This document shows positions 1-10,925 of a stretch of DNA of 64,000 nt, piece after piece (within the stretch, counting starts at the first letter, position 1; each line of letters begins with the position of its first letter). Where the stretch lies: the sequence record OQ689735.1; one strand, 5' to 3'. A program made the position numbers and the translations under genes. The notes beneath the pieces are model-generated. The model was not told the DNA's origin. It ran no database searches and worked only from the letters and a program-made list of their open reading frames with translations. This DNA comes from Escherichia phage 4E10.

Positions 1-516
1 ATGTCTCCAGCTGGTTATAATCGCGGCCAGATTTTGAACGTTATTAAACTTGCTATTGAAACTCGCCAGGCGCAGCGCGACCGTTTATATCAAGAAGCTA
101 TCAACCCAGTAACTGGTACAGGTGGTGATGGTTACGTATTGTATGGTGATAAAACAGCTACTTCTGTTCCTTCTCCATTTGATCGTATTAACGTTCGTCG
201 TCTGTTTAATATGTTGAAAACGAATATCGGACGTAGTTCAAAATATCGTTTGTTCGAATTAAACAACGCGTTTACTCGTTCATCGTTCCGCACAGAAACT
301 TCCCAGTACTTGCAGGGAATTAAAGCTCTCGGTGGAATTTATGAATATCGTGTAGTTTGCGATACAACAAATAACACTCCGTCAGTAATTGATAGAAATG
401 AGTTTGTTGCAACATTCTACATCCAACCGGCTAGAAGCATTAACTACATTACCTTAAACTTCGTAGCAACTGCTACTGGCGCAGATTTCGATGAGTTAAC
501 TGGTCTTGCAGGTTAA
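1..516 (+). CDS. 18: tail sheath protein gp18, C-terminal fragment (5-prime end lies outside window)
   Basis: In-frame ORF running from window edge to stop at 514-516; position immediately upstream of tail tube gene 19 as in T4; C-terminal sequence consistent with T4 gp18 from memory. Confidence 0.8.
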   Translation: MSPAGYNRGQILNVIKLAIETRQAQRDRLYQEAINPVTGTGGDGYVLYGDKTATSVPSPFDRINVRRLFNMLKTNIGRSSKYRLFELNNAFTRSSFRTETSQYLQGIKALGGIYEYRVVCDTTNNTPSVIDRNEFVATFYIQPARSINYITLNFVATATGADFDELTGLAG

Positions 517-532
517 TACGGTGCATTCTAAA

Positions 533-550
533 GGCCTGTTTCGGCAGGCC
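533..550 (+). terminator. GC-rich stem-loop downstream of gene 18 (GGCCUG-loop-CAGGCC)
   Basis: Inverted repeat ggcctg...caggcc seen directly 17 nt after gene 18 stop. Confidence 0.4.
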
Positions 551-551
551 A

Positions 552-559
552 TATAAATA
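552..559 (+). promoter_or_regulatory. T4 late promoter motif TATAAATA
   Basis: Exact TATAAATA octamer in 18-19 intergenic region. Confidence 0.4.
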
Positions 560-610
560 CACTATATCCTTAATTCTTTAATTCTATATGCCCTAGGTTA
601 AACATAGGGA

Positions 611-618
611 TATAAATA
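611..618 (+). promoter_or_regulatory. T4 late promoter motif TATAAATA upstream of gene 19
   Basis: Exact TATAAATA 15 nt upstream of gene 19 ATG (633). Confidence 0.5.
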
Positions 619-632
619 CTACAGAGGCTAAT

Positions 633-1124
633 ATGTTTGTAGATGATGTAACACGAGCGTTTGAATCTGGTGATTTTGCTCGACCTAACTTATTCCAAGT
701 AGAAATTTCTTATCTTGGACAAAATTTTACGTTTCAATGCAAAGCCACTGCTTTACCAGCTGGTATTGTAGAAAAAATTCCAGTCGGATTTATGAACCGT
801 AAAATTAACGTAGCAGGCGATCGTACATTCGATGACTGGACTGTTACAGTAATGAACGATGAGGCACATGATGCTCGCCAGAAGTTTGTTGATTGGCAAA
901 GCATTGCTGCTGGGCAAGGGAACGAAATTACTGGTGGAAAACCAGCAGAGTATAAAAAGAGCGCTGTTGTTCGCCAATACGCTCGTGATGCTAAAACTGT
1001 AACAAAAGAAGTCGAAATTAAAGGCCTGTGGCCTACTAACGTGGGTGAACTTCAATTAGATTGGGATTCAAACAATGAAATCCAAACCTTTGAAGTAACT
1101 CTTGCTCTCGATTATTGGGAATAA
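633..1124 (+). CDS. 19: tail tube protein gp19
   Basis: 163-aa ORF, same length and position as T4 gp19; ATG start with upstream late promoter motif. Confidence 0.9.
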   Translation: MFVDDVTRAFESGDFARPNLFQVEISYLGQNFTFQCKATALPAGIVEKIPVGFMNRKINVAGDRTFDDWTVTVMNDEAHDARQKFVDWQSIAAGQGNEITGGKPAEYKKSAVVRQYARDAKTVTKEVEIKGLWPTNVGELQLDWDSNNEIQTFEVTLALDYWE

Positions 1125-1156
1125 AATGAATGGGGAGAAATCCCCATCCTGCTTAA

Positions 1157-2781
<1,625 letters not shown>

Positions 2782-2782
<1 letters not shown>

Positions 2783-3030
2783 TGGAAGGTTTAATTGAAG
2801 CTATTAAATCAAACGACCTCGTAGCCGCTCGTAAATTATTTGCTGAAGCCATGGCTGCAAGAACGATTGATTTAATTAAAGAAGAAAAAATCGCTATCGC
2901 TCGTAATTTCTTAATCGAAGGTGAAGAACCTGATGACGAGGATGATGACGAAGACGAAGATAGTGATGATAAAGACGACAAAAAAGACAAAGACTCTGAT
3001 GAAGATGACGAAGACGAGGATGATGAATAA
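2782..3030 (+). CDS. 67: prohead core protein gp67 with poly-acidic C-terminal tail
   Basis: 82-aa ORF, ATGA overlap with gene 20 stop; acidic D/E-rich C-terminus; position between 20 and 68 as in T4. Confidence 0.8.
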
Positions 3031-3455
3031 TGCTTCTGATCCCTGAAACTCATGAATTAGTTCTCGAGAATGTCGAAGCACTTATTCCTGAAGCACAGGG
3101 TCGCTTTGACGAATTGTCTTCTGCTTTAAATAAAGACGATATAAATACAATTGTCGAGAATATGCTTGATGATGAAACTGATTTAGCGGTTGCATTAGCT
3201 TCTATTAATGAAAATATGCCGCTAAATGAATTTATCGTTAAACATGTTTCCGCCCGTGGTGAAATTACACGTACTAAAGACCGCAAGACGCGTGAACGTA
3301 ATGCATTTCAAACCACCGGGCTGTCTAAAGCAAAACGTAGACAAATTGCTCGTAAAGCTACCAAAACGAAGATTGCCAATCCAGCAGGTCAATCTCGTGC
3401 TCAGCGTAAGCGTAAAAAAGCTCTTAAACGCCGTAAAGCATTAGGATTAAGCTAA
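3030..3455 (+). CDS. 68: prohead core protein gp68
   Basis: 141-aa ORF, start overlaps gene 67 stop; basic C-terminus; T4 synteny. Confidence 0.8.
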
Positions 3456-4093
3456 TGAATGAACCCCAATTACTAATTGAAACTTGGGGTCAACCTGGCG
3501 AAATTATTGATGGCGTACCAATGCTTGAATCTCATGATGGAAAAGACCTCGGTTTAAAACCTGGTTTATACATCGAAGGAATATTCATGCAAGCGGAAGT
3601 CGTCAATAGAAATAAACGTCTTTATCCAAAACGCATATTAGAAAAAGCGGTAAAAGACTATATCAATGAGCAAGTTTTAACAAAACAAGCTCTCGGAGAA
3701 TTAAATCATCCTCCACGCGCTAATGTTGACCCGATGCAAGCCGCTATCATTATAGAAGATATGTGGTGGAAAGGAAATGACGTATACGGACGAGCTCGTG
3801 TTATTGAAGGTGACCATGGTCCTGGAGATAAATTAGCAGCTAATATTCGTGCCGGATGGATTCCAGGAGTTTCTTCTCGTGGATTAGGTTCATTGACTGA
3901 CACAAATAAAGGTTATCGTATCGTAAACGAAGGATTCAAATTAACTGTAGGTGTTGATGCAGTATGGGGTCCAAGTGCTCCAGATGCATGGGTAACTCCT
4001 AAGGAAATTACCGAATCACAGACGGCGGAAGCCGATACAAGTGCCGATGACGCCTATATGGCTCTCGCAGAGGCCATGAAAAAAGCGTTATAA
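3455..4093 (+). CDS. 21: prohead core scaffold protein and protease gp21
   Basis: 212-aa ORF, same size as T4 gp21 prohead protease; start overlaps gene 68 stop. Confidence 0.9.
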   Translation: MNEPQLLIETWGQPGEIIDGVPMLESHDGKDLGLKPGLYIEGIFMQAEVVNRNKRLYPKRILEKAVKDYINEQVLTKQALGELNHPPRANVDPMQAAIIIEDMWWKGNDVYGRARVIEGDHGPGDKLAANIRAGWIPGVSSRGLGSLTDTNKGYRIVNEGFKLTVGVDAVWGPSAPDAWVTPKEITESQTAEADTSADDAYMALAEAMKKAL

Positions 4094-4096
4094 ATA
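4089..4096 (+). promoter_or_regulatory. T4 late promoter motif TATAAATA upstream of gene 22
   Basis: Exact TATAAATA overlapping gene 21 stop, 28 nt upstream of gene 22 ATG. Confidence 0.5.
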
Positions 4097-4123
4097 TTAT
4101 TATCTAAACAACAGGACTACAAA

Positions 4124-4933
4124 ATGCTTAAAGAACAACTGATTGCTGAAGCGCAAAAAATTGATGCTTCCGTTGCTCTTGATAGTATTTTCGAATCAGT
4201 TAATATTTCTCCGGAAGCAAAAGAAACTTTCGGCACTGTATTCGAAGCTACCGTCAAGCAGCACGCCGTTAAATTAGCTGAATCTCATATCGCTAAAATT
4301 GCTGAAAAAGCAGAAGAAGAAGTAGAAAAAAATAAAGAAGAAGCCGAAGAAAAAGCTGAGAAGAAAATCGCTGAGCAAGCTTCTAAATTCATCGACCATC
4401 TTGCGAAAGAATGGCTCGCTGAAAATAAATTAGCAGTTGATAAAGGCATCAAAGCCGAACTGTTTGAATCCATGCTTGGTGGATTAAAAGAGCTCTTTGT
4501 TGAACACAACGTCGTTGTTCCAGAAGAATCAGTTGATGTTGTAGCTGAAATGGAAGAAGAGCTGCAAGAACATAAAGAAGAATCAGCTCGTCTGTTCGAA
4601 GAACTCAATATGCGCGACGCATATATCAATTATGTGCAGCGTGAAGTGGCATTGAGCGAAAGTACTAAAGATCTGACTGAGTCTCAAAAAGAAAAAGTCT
4701 CTGCTCTGGTCGAAGGTATGGATTATTCAGATGCATTCTCAAGTAAATTGAGTGCCATCGTAGAAATGGTGAAGAAGTCTAATAAAGATGAAAGCACTAT
4801 TACTGAGGGTATAAATACTCCTGATACTGAAGCAGCCGGACTGAATTTCGTCACTGAAGCTGTAGAAGATAAAGCTGCACCTGGTGCAGAAGATATTGTA
4901 AGTGTATATGCGAAAGTCGCATCTCGTTTCTAA
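4124..4933 (+). CDS. 22: prohead core scaffold protein gp22
   Basis: 269-aa ORF, highly charged coiled-coil-like composition, T4 gp22 size and position. Confidence 0.9.
   Translation: MLKEQLIAEAQKIDASVALDSIFESVNISPEAKETFGTVFEATVKQHAVKLAESHIAKIAEKAEEEVEKNKEEAEEKAEKKIAEQASKFIDHLAKEWLAENKLAVDKGIKAELFESMLGGLKELFVEHNVVVPEESVDVVAEMEEELQEHKEESARLFEELNMRDAYINYVQREVALSESTKDLTESQKEKVSALVEGMDYSDAFSSKLSAIVEMVKKSNKDESTITEGINTPDTEAAGLNFVTEAVEDKAAPGAEDIVSVYAKVASRF
4810..4817 (+). promoter_or_regulatory. candidate late promoter (TATAAATA) embedded in 3-prime part of gene 22, upstream of gene 23
   Basis: Exact TATAAATA inside gene 22 coding sequence about 135 nt before gene 23 ATG; assignment as P23 is from memory and uncertain. 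Confidence 0.4.
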
Positions 4934-4951
4934 TTTTAAAGGTTAACACAA

Positions 4952-6517
4952 ATGACTATCAAAACTAAAGCTGAACTTTTGAACAAATGGAAGCCATTAC
5001 TGGAAGGTGAAGGTTTACCGGAAATTGCTAATAGCAAACAAGCGATTATCGCTAAAATCTTTGAAAACCAGGAAAAAGATTTCCAGACAGCTCCAGAATA
5101 CAAAGACGAAAAAATCGCTCAGGCGTTCGGTTCTTTCTTAACAGAAGCTGAAATCGGTGGTGACCACGGTTACAACGCTACTAACATCGCTGCTGGTCAA
5201 ACTTCTGGCGCAGTAACTCAGATTGGCCCAGCTGTTATGGGTATGGTACGTCGTGCTATTCCTAACCTGATTGCTTTCGATATTTGCGGTGTTCAGCCGA
5301 TGAACAGCCCGACTGGTCAGGTATTCGCACTGCGCGCAGTATATGGTAAAGACCCAATCGCTGCCGGCGCTAAAGAAGCATTCCACCCAATGTATGGTCC
5401 AGATGCAATGTTCTCTGGTCATGGTGCTGCTAAGAAATTCCCAGCTTTGGCTGCTAATACCACTACAGTCGTAGGTGACATTTATTCTCACTTCTTCCAG
5501 GAAACTGGTACCGTATATCTGCAAGCTTCTGCTGTCGTAACACTTGATTCTAGTGCGACTGATGCTGCTAAATTAGATGCCGAAGTTAAGAAACAAATGG
5601 AAGCTGGTGCACTGGTAGAAATCGCTGAAGGTATGGCTACTTCTATCGCTGAACTTCAGGAAGGTTTCAATGGTTCTACTGATAACCCATGGAATGAAAT
5701 GGGCTTCCGTATCGATAAACAAGTTATCGAAGCTAAATCTCGTCAGCTGAAAGCTGCTTACTCTATCGAATTAGCACAAGACCTCCGCGCTGTTCACGGC
5801 ATGGATGCTGATGCTGAACTGTCTGGTATTCTGGCTACCGAAATCATGCTGGAAATCAACCGTGAAGTTGTTGATTGGATTAACTACTCAGCTCAGGTTG
5901 GTAAATCTGGTATGACCCTGACTCCGGGTTCTAAAGCTGGTGTATTTGACTTCCAGGATCCGATTGATATTCGTGGTGCTCGCTGGGCGGGTGAATCCTT
6001 TAAAGCTCTGTTGTTCCAGATTGACAAAGAAGCAGTTGAAATTGCTCGTCAGACCGGTCGTGGTGAAGGTAACTTCATTATCGCTTCCCGTAACGTAGTT
6101 AACGTTCTGGCTTCAGTTGATACTGGCATTTCTTATGCTGCACAGGGTCTGGCTACCGGCTTTAACACTGATACTACCAAGTCAGTATTTGCTGGTGTTC
6201 TGGGTGGTAAATACCGTGTATATATCGACCAGTATGCTAAACAGGATTATTTCACTGTAGGTTATAAAGGTCCGAACGAAATGGATGCTGGTATTTACTA
6301 TGCTCCATATGTAGCTCTGACTCCGCTGCGTGGTTCCGATCCGAAGAACTTCCAACCAGTAATGGGATTCAAAACTCGTTACGGTATCGGTATCAACCCA
6401 TTTGCAGAATCCGCTGCTCAGGCTCCGGCTTCTCGCATCCAGAGCGGTATGCCTTCTATTCTGAATAGCCTTGGTAAAAACGCTTACTTCCGCCGTGTAT
6501 ATGTTAAAGGTATCTAA
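4952..6517 (+). CDS. 23: major capsid protein gp23
   Basis: 521-aa ORF; N-terminus MTIKTKAELLNKWKPLLEGEG... matches T4 gp23 from memory. Confidence 0.97.
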   Translation: MTIKTKAELLNKWKPLLEGEGLPEIANSKQAIIAKIFENQEKDFQTAPEYKDEKIAQAFGSFLTEAEIGGDHGYNATNIAAGQTSGAVTQIGPAVMGMVRRAIPNLIAFDICGVQPMNSPTGQVFALRAVYGKDPIAAGAKEAFHPMYGPDAMFSGHGAAKKFPALAANTTTVVGDIYSHFFQETGTVYLQASAVVTLDSSATDAAKLDAEVKKQMEAGALVEIAEGMATSIAELQEGFNGSTDNPWNEMGFRIDKQVIEAKSRQLKAAYSIELAQDLRAVHGMDADAELSGILATEIMLEINREVVDWINYSAQVGKSGMTLTPGSKAGVFDFQDPIDIRGARWAGESFKALLFQIDKEAVEIARQTGRGEGNFIIASRNVVNVLASVDTGISYAAQGLATGFNTDTTKSVFAGVLGGKYRVYIDQYAKQDYFTVGYKGPNEMDAGIYYAPYVALTPLRGSDPKNFQPVMGFKTRYGIGINPFAESAAQAPASRIQSGMPSILNSLGKNAYFRRVYVKGI

Positions 6518-6532
6518 TCTTTGACGATTTAA

Positions 6533-6548
6533 GGGACCTTCGGGTCCC
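6533..6548 (+). terminator. UUCG-tetraloop hairpin downstream of gene 23 (GGGACC-UUCG-GGUCCC), followed by U-rich tract
   Basis: Perfect 6-bp GC-rich inverted repeat with ttcg loop seen directly, 16 nt after gene 23 stop. Confidence 0.6.
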
Positions 6549-6565
6549 TTTAGTTGTTTTTATGG

Positions 6566-6573
6566 TATAAATA
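6566..6573 (+). promoter_or_regulatory. T4 late promoter motif TATAAATA upstream of gene 24
   Basis: Exact TATAAATA 28 nt upstream of gene 24 ATG. Confidence 0.5.
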
Positions 6574-6600
6574 AATCATATAAACCAAAAGGAAAGCGCA

Positions 6601-7884
6601 ATGGCTAAAATCAACGAACTTCTGCGCGAATCAACCACAACGAATAGCAACTCAATCGGTCGCCCAAATCTCGTTGCTTTGACTCGCGCTACCACTAAAT
6701 TAATATATTCTGACATTGTAGCAACGCAAAGAACTAATCAACCTGTTGCTGCTTTTTATGGTATCAAATACCTTAACCCAGATAACGAATTTACATTTAA
6801 AACTGGTGCTACTTACGCCGGCGAAGCTGGGTATGTAGACCGAGAACAAATCACAGAATTAACAGAAGAGTCTAAATTAACTCTCAATAAAGGCGATTTA
6901 TTCAAATATAATAATATCGTTTATAAAGTATTAGAAGATACACCATTTGCTGATATTGAAGAAAGCGATTTAGAATTAGCTCTTCAGATTGCAATCGTTC
7001 TTTTAAAGGTTCGTCTATTTTCTGATGCTGCAGTAACAAGCAAATTTGAAAGCTCTGATAGTGAAATTGCGGATGCTAGATTCCAGATTAATAAATGGCA
7101 AACCGCAGTTAAATCTCGTAAACTTAAAACTGGCATCACAGTTGAATTAGCACAAGATTTAGAAGCAAATGGATTCGATGCTCCTAATTTCTTGGAAGAT
7201 TTGCTTGCAACCGAAATGGCGGATGAAATCAATAAAGATATTCTGCAGTCTTTGATTACAGTATCAAAACGCTATAAAGTTACAGGAATTACTGATACTG
7301 GATTCATTGATTTGAGTTATGCATCTGCACCTGAAGCTGGTCGTTCATTATACCGAATGGTGTGTGAAATGGTTTCACATATCCAGAAAGAATCAACTTA
7401 TACAGCAACGTTCTGTGTTGCTTCAGCTCGCGCCGCTGCGATTCTTGCTGCATCAGGTTGGTTAAAACATAAACCAGAAGATGACAAATATCTTTCACAA
7501 AATGCCTACGGGTTCTTAGCTAATGGTTTACCGCTTTATTGCGATACCAACAGCCCATTGGATTATGTAATCGTGGGTGTAGTAGAAAATATTGGTGAAA
7601 AAGAAATTGTTGGATCAATTTTCTATGCTCCGTATACAGAAGGCCTTGACTTAGATGACCCTGAACATGTAGGTGCATTTAAAGTTGTAGTTGATCCAGA
7701 AAGTTTGCAGCCATCTATCGGTTTATTAGTTAGATATGCTTTATCTGCAAATCCTTACACTGTAGCAAAAGATGAAAAAGAAGCAAGAGTAATTGACGGT
7801 GGAGACATGGATAAAATGGCGGGTCGTTCAGATTTGTCTGTTTTATTAGGTGTTAAGCTACCAAAAATTATCATTGATGAATAA
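6601..7884 (+). CDS. 24: capsid vertex protein gp24
   Basis: 427-aa ORF, size and position of T4 gp24; gp23-like fold motifs. Confidence 0.93.
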   Translation: MAKINELLRESTTTNSNSIGRPNLVALTRATTKLIYSDIVATQRTNQPVAAFYGIKYLNPDNEFTFKTGATYAGEAGYVDREQITELTEESKLTLNKGDLFKYNNIVYKVLEDTPFADIEESDLELALQIAIVLLKVRLFSDAAVTSKFESSDSEIADARFQINKWQTAVKSRKLKTGITVELAQDLEANGFDAPNFLEDLLATEMADEINKDILQSLITVSKRYKVTGITDTGFIDLSYASAPEAGRSLYRMVCEMVSHIQKESTYTATFCVASARAAAILAASGWLKHKPEDDKYLSQNAYGFLANGLPLYCDTNSPLDYVIVGVVENIGEKEIVGSIFYAPYTEGLDLDDPEHVGAFKVVVDPESLQPSIGLLVRYALSANPYTVAKDEKEARVIDGGDMDKMAGRSDLSVLLGVKLPKIIIDE

Positions 7885-7890
7885 AACAAA

Positions 7891-7906
7891 GGGACCTTTC
7901 GGTCCC
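7891..7906. terminator. hairpin between convergent genes 24 (+) and rnlB (-): GGGACC-UUUC-GGUCCC, likely bidirectional terminator
   Basis: Inverted repeat gggacc tttc ggtccc flanked by A-run on one side and T-run on the other. Confidence 0.6.
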
Positions 7907-7913
7907 TTTTTAT

Positions 7914-8918
7914 TTAACTTACCAATTCAATCCAAGCCGGACGAAGTACATCTTGTACCATTTTAACTAATTCCTTTTTAACCAAAGAAGGACTATCCGC
8001 TTGAGTTAGAGTAATACCTTCACGAGAAGTTTCTTCCAAAATATCTTGAACAGTTAGTCCCATCACCTTTCCAAAATCTTTTGGACCAATTTCGCCAATT
8101 TTAGAAATAACGTTATTTACTCGGTTCAGTGTAACGTAACAAGCTAAAATTCCCACCAATTTGTTATCAGCTTCTGACAGTTCAACTTTAGCTTTAATAG
8201 GCTTATCAGACTTTTTCTTTTCACTAAATTTAGAGTTCTTGCATTTGATGGCTACACGATTGCGATTAGGCAGCCAAGAAGGATAACAAGGTTTCAATAC
8301 ATATCCTTCAGCGGTAAATACTTCGCCTTTTGCTTCGGCATTCCAAACGCATTTATTTGCATCAACTAATCCAGCGTGGTCTGCTGCAAAATTATAATCT
8401 TGGACGACAGAATCTAAATCATTTGGCAATTTAATAAGTTCTTCAAATTTACCGCGACCTAAAAGTGGAGCCATTTTAAATTTAAATGTATTACAGAATG
8501 ATTCCATCATATAATCATCGACATAAGTCACATCACCACTTTCTGTAGTAACAATAATGTCAAATACATAAAAATCTTTATCGCCATAATCGACATTCTT
8601 CTGAATGCCAGGTCCGGCGAATTCACCGAAGACTTGATAAGATACAACCGCTGAAGTTTCCATAATATCTTGTACTGCTTTAATGGAATCAGCGTAATTC
8701 TTCAAAATAATTTCATACCCAAAGAAATCTTCAGCAGGAAGAATAGGACCAGTACGTTTAGCGCAAGTTACTTTATCACGCTCAATAATCAATGAGAAAT
8801 TTGTGCCGTGAATTTTTTCACGAGCTACCCACTCCCCACCAGTCAATCCCAAGCTATAAAGTTTTTCAATAAATTTAGAGTTGTAATGATTTTCAAGACT
8901 GCTATACTTTTTAAACAT
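7914..8918 (-). CDS. rnlB: RNA ligase 2 (Rnl2)
   Basis: 334-aa ORF; T4 Rnl2 size; nucleotidyltransferase KxHGxN motif ([10 protein letters not shown]) near N-terminus. Confidence 0.9.
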   Translation of the reverse strand: MFKKYSSLENHYNSKFIEKLYSLGLTGGEWVAREKIHGTNFSLIIERDKVTCAKRTGPILPAEDFFGYEIILKNYADSIKAVQDIMETSAVVSYQVFGEFAGPGIQKNVDYGDKDFYVFDIIVTTESGDVTYVDDYMMESFCNTFKFKMAPLLGRGKFEELIKLPNDLDSVVQDYNFAADHAGLVDANKCVWNAEAKGEVFTAEGYVLKPCYPSWLPNRNRVAIKCKNSKFSEKKKSDKPIKAKVELSEADNKLVGILACYVTLNRVNNVISKIGEIGPKDFGKVMGLTVQDILEETSREGITLTQADSPSLVKKELVKMVQDVLRPAWIELVS

Positions 8919-8927
8919 AATTAATCC

Positions 8928-9206
8928 TCAAAATGTAATTTCTAACCAATCACCATCACGCTGATCACTATTGACTTTAAAGCTAAATCCTTCTTTTCTC
9001 AGCCAATCACCAATTTCTTCAGTAATCAATTTATCACGAGCAATACAATAATAACTAAAATGCGTTTTACCTCGTTCAGCTGCTTTATTAGCAAGTTCCG
9101 AAAAATCTTTAATAAAACATTCTAGCTTAAACTGTTTACTTTTGAATGCTTTTTCGCGTAATTGATTAGCAAAAGATTCATTTTCATAAAGATCATACTG
9201 TTCCAT
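8928..9206 (-). CDS. hypothetical protein (position of T4 24.2)
   Basis: 92-aa ORF with ATG start, tightly packed between rnlB and next gene. Confidence 0.6.
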   Translation of the reverse strand: MEQYDLYENESFANQLREKAFKSKQFKLECFIKDFSELANKAAERGKTHFSYYCIARDKLITEEIGDWLRKEGFSFKVNSDQRDGDWLEITF

Positions 9207-9408
9207 TTTTCACCTTTTTATTGATATGTCTTTTTCTATAGACAACTTTTTCTCGAGTTTCAAATTTATTCTTAGCAGTCATAGCTCGAGCCCATAATAC
9301 AGCCACTTCTTTTGCCTGTAAGTTTAATTCACGAGCAATTTCAATGAATGACTTTCCAGACTCATGAAGAGTAAACACCACAACCTCAGTTCTCATAATC
9401 AATCTCAT
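9193..9408 (-). CDS. small basic protein with helix-turn-helix-like segment (position of T4 24.3)
   Basis: 71-aa ORF; segment KSFIEIARELNLQAKEVAVLWARA resembles an HTH; basic C-terminus. Confidence 0.55.
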   Translation of the reverse strand: MRLIMRTEVVVFTLHESGKSFIEIARELNLQAKEVAVLWARAMTAKNKFETREKVVYRKRHINKKVKNGTV

Positions 9409-9477
9409 GTTATCGAGTTGGTACCATTATATACATCATTTTCTGATTGTGTTTTGTGTGCTTTCAAAATGAAGAAA

Positions 9478-9491
9478 GGGGCCGAAGCCCC
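9478..9491 (-). terminator. hairpin downstream of hoc (GGGGC-UUCG-GCCCC on - strand) followed by U-rich tract
   Basis: ggggccgaagcccc on + strand, 7 nt after hoc stop. Confidence 0.55.
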
Positions 9492-9497
9492 TTATGA

Positions 9498-10916
9498 TTA
9501 TGGATAGGTATAGATGATACCAGTTTCTAAAGCAGTTTTATGAATGATATATCCATTACGCGATTCTTGGACATCAACTTCTGGATAGTCTTTCATCATC
9601 TTCTGAAGAGTGTAACGATGCAGGTAGTATTTACTATCTGAATCTTCAGTTTTCCAATCTTTACCTTCTTCAGTCATTTTTTGAATTTCATCCATAACCC
9701 ACCAACCGCACCAGATATAAGCTGAGCTACGATGTGGAAGAGGATGAACATAAGGTAATTCACCTTCTGGTTCCGGAGCAACTTTATCAGTCACTTGAAC
9801 TTGACCTGTGGCTTTAACTGTTTTACTATCATAGTCAGTTGCTGTAACGACAGCAGTAACTTCAATAGTTTGACTTCCAATAGATGAGGTATCAACAGTA
9901 TATACGTTAGTTGACCCTTCCACAGGAGAAGAATCTTTCTTCCATGAGTAAGTAATTTGTGCTGCTTCAGGTGCGCCAGTAACATTAGCAGTAAATGTAG
10001 CCGAAGCATCTTGCTGAACATTAATAGAAGGAGGAGTCAATGTAACCTGTGGATTCATTGTCTTCTTATTAACTGTCAATGATACTTCATTGGAAGTAAC
10101 TGTTTTTGCGTCATAATCCGTTGCTGTTACTTGGGCTACGCATTTAATTCTTTTTACTCCACTTGTAGTTGGAGTATAGTTAAATGTAGAGTTAGTTTCT
10201 CCACCAACTTGTGAATCATCTACATACCACTGATACGTGGCAGACGCTCCATCAGGTTGAGAAACTAAAGCAGCAGTAAATTGAACCGGGGTTCCAATTA
10301 CTCCAACAGCAGGACTAGCAGGAGTTACTGCTAAGGTAGTTGTCTGTGTCTTTTTATTAACCGTCAATGATACTTCATTAGAAGTAACTTCCTTTGCATC
10401 ATAATCTGTCGCGGTTACTTGAGCTACACACTTAATTTTTTTAACTCCGCTTGTGGAAGGAGTGTAATTGAATGTAGCAGAAGTTGCTTCGCCCACAGGA
10501 GAACCGTCAACGTACCATTGATACGTAGCAGATGCACCTGATGGCTGTGAAGCTAAGGCAGCGGTAAATTCAACAGCTGTTCCGATTACTCCTTCTGGAG
10601 GACTATTAGGAGTTACTGCTAAGGTAGTTGTCTGTGTCTTATTTTGAACTGTGATAGTTGTAGTAACTGTAGCTGTTTCAGCTTCAGCTTCTGGAACTGG
10701 GTTTGTTGCAACTACTTTAATAGTCTTTTGACCGGCAGGTCCTTTTAGTACATAGCTAAAAGTTGCTGACGTTTCTTCCTGCGGAGCGTCGTCTACAGTC
10801 CAAGCATATGTAATAGGTCCATCTCCAGTTTGACCACTGGGTGTAGCAGTAAACTGCTGAGTCTGATCTATAACTCCAGTAGGTGTTTTAGGAGTTATAT
10901 CAACGGTAAAAGCCAT
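9498..10916 (-). CDS. hoc: highly immunogenic outer capsid protein Hoc, with four tandem Ig-like domains plus capsid-binding C-terminal domain
   Basis: 472-aa ORF; N-terminus and C-terminal region (PEPEGELPYVHPLPHRSSAYIWCGWWVMDEIQKM...) match T4 Hoc from memory; about 96 aa longer than T4 Hoc (376 aa). Confidence 0.9.
   Translation of the reverse strand: MAFTVDITPKTPTGVIDQTQQFTATPSGQTGDGPITYAWTVDDAPQEETSATFSYVLKGPAGQKTIKVVATNPVPEAEAETATVTTTITVQNKTQTTTLAVTPNSPPEGVIGTAVEFTAALASQPSGASATYQWYVDGSPVGEATSATFNYTPSTSGVKKIKCVAQVTATDYDAKEVTSNEVSLTVNKKTQTTTLAVTPASPAVGVIGTPVQFTAALVSQPDGASATYQWYVDDSQVGGETNSTFNYTPTTSGVKRIKCVAQVTATDYDAKTVTSNEVSLTVNKKTMNPQVTLTPPSINVQQDASATFTANVTGAPEAAQITYSWKKDSSPVEGSTNVYTVDTSSIGSQTIEVTAVVTATDYDSKTVKATGQVQVTDKVAPEPEGELPYVHPLPHRSSAYIWCGWWVMDEIQKMTEEGKDWKTEDSDSKYYLHRYTLQKMMKDYPEVDVQESRNGYIIHKTALETGIIYTYP
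10068..10640 (-). repeat. tandem duplication (2 x 288 bp) inside hoc encoding two near-identical Ig-like domains
   Basis: Protein residues 93-187 and 189-283 are about 85 percent identical (KTQTTTLAVTP...YDAK.VTSNEVSLTVN); nucleotide blocks around 10073 and 10361 near-identical. Confidence 0.8.
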
Positions 10917-10925
10917 AAGTTATCC

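Noticed and set aside
753-1055. Antisense ORFs inside genes 19, 20, 21, 22, 23 and 24 (e.g. 753-1055, 2006-2308, 3706-3903, 4285-4629, 5138-5524, 6984-7232)
   Set aside because: Lie entirely within well-supported structural genes on the opposite strand, lack SD sequences and recognisable products; typical shadow ORFs
10068-10640. Possibility that the direct repeats in this region represent a CRISPR array or mobile element
   Set aside because: Only two units, 288 bp each, in frame and encoding Ig-like domains inside hoc; no spacer/repeat architecture
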